Source: Octopus bimaculoides
Taxonomy: Eukaryota
NCBI RefSeq assembly: GCF_001194135.2
Contig: NC_068987.1
Coordinates: forward strand, 43,764,813-43,814,314
Direction: 5' to 3'
Length of the DNA: 49,502 nt
The notes beneath the pieces were generated by a model. It was not told where the DNA came from. It saw only the letters and a list, made by a program, of their open reading frames with translations, and searched no databases. Positions within the stretch are counted from its first letter, which is position 1. Each line of letters opens with the position of its first letter. The position numbers and the translations under genes are program-made. Shown one piece after another: positions 48,474-49,502 of this stretch.

Positions 48474-49502
48474 ATTATATACTTTATATATAGATTTAAT
48501 TGTGTGTGTGTTTGTATCTCCACCATCGCTTGACAACCAGTGTTGGTGTGTTTACATCCCCATAAACTAGCAGTTCAGTAAAAGAGGCCGATAGAATAAA
48601 TACCAGTTTTTTTAGAAAAAGCACTGGGGTCAATTTATTCAACTAAAGGTTCTTCAAGGTAGTGCCCCAGCATGGTCATAGTCTAATGACTGAAATAAGA
48701 AAGATTAAATGGTGTGTACACATTTTCACTATATCACAGTACATTTTTCTTTTTCAGCATTTTAGGTCTTTAAAATTTTTTTATGTTCACTGAAGTTGAT
48801 AGTCAAATAAAGTGACTGAAGTTGAGCTTTATTTTTCCAGTAATAACAAAAGGATGTAAAGGTGAAAAAGATGTAACTCGAAATGAATTAAGTTAAGATA
48901 TGCCTATATTTATGGCAACACATAACCTGTGTGTGTTAGTCTCCACCACCGCTTATCAACCCTTGTTAGTCTTCACATCCTTGGTACTTATTCTACATGC
49001 AATTTGCCCAACCACAAATGACCTGTAGAATAAGTACTAAGCTTTACAAAAAGCGCCTGTCCTTGCGAACCTAATAATGGGTTTCTTTGAATCTGTCCTA
49101 TAAACGCCAATATTCTAAATACCATAACCTAGGTAACTGCGTCATTTTTCCGTCAAAATCAATCACAGTTACCAATAGAATCCATTAAACTGCGCAAAAT
49201 AACATTTTCCCCCTCTAATAAAACCCAAATTTCCTCTTCCTACGACCTTTACAAATCCTTTCAACTCCTACTTTCTCTTATGAACGCTTACGAACGATAA
49301 CTCTTACTTTCTCTTATGCATATGTGGTGTGTGCGTACGAGTAGATGTAATCGCATTACCTCGGTTTTCCTTTCCTCGACTGCGAGTCTGTCTTGCGGTA
49401 TCCAATCCTTGAAGCTTGCCCTGACCCAAAGTACACCAGGAATAGCAGCTGCTTCTCCCAAACCTAGACCGTCGCTTAACATGTCTTGTCCCGACCACAA
49501 CC

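Overview
AT-rich, repeat-dense eukaryotic genomic scaffold with five N gaps. The repeat landscape (TA/CA microsatellites, RTE LINEs with (ATG)n tails, tRNA-derived SINEs) suggests a cephalopod such as Octopus; this is inference. One host gene spans most of the window: NPL4/NPLOC4, the p97/Cdc48-Ufd1 cofactor, from ATG 4748 to TGA 42023. I could place 12 coding exons with GT-AG boundaries and compatible phases. Eleven are on the + strand. Exon 2 (8836-8919) is on the - strand inside a gap-bounded contig, and the region equivalent to vertebrate exons 3-4 is not visible. A misoriented contig is the most likely explanation. The rest is transposon-derived: a Penelope-like RT fragment missed by the ORF track (1-650), a Penelope-type minimal hammerhead-ribozyme relic inside an inverted repeat (9054-9321), three decayed RTE LINEs, a Helitron with a LINE nested in it, a full-length decayed mariner, a foldback element, MITEs and many SINEs. 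Smaller oddities are a candidate 22-nt poison micro-exon next to exon 5, a palindrome-associated templated insertion, and an inverted duplication inside a LINE. I found no convincing evidence of a wholly new biological system.
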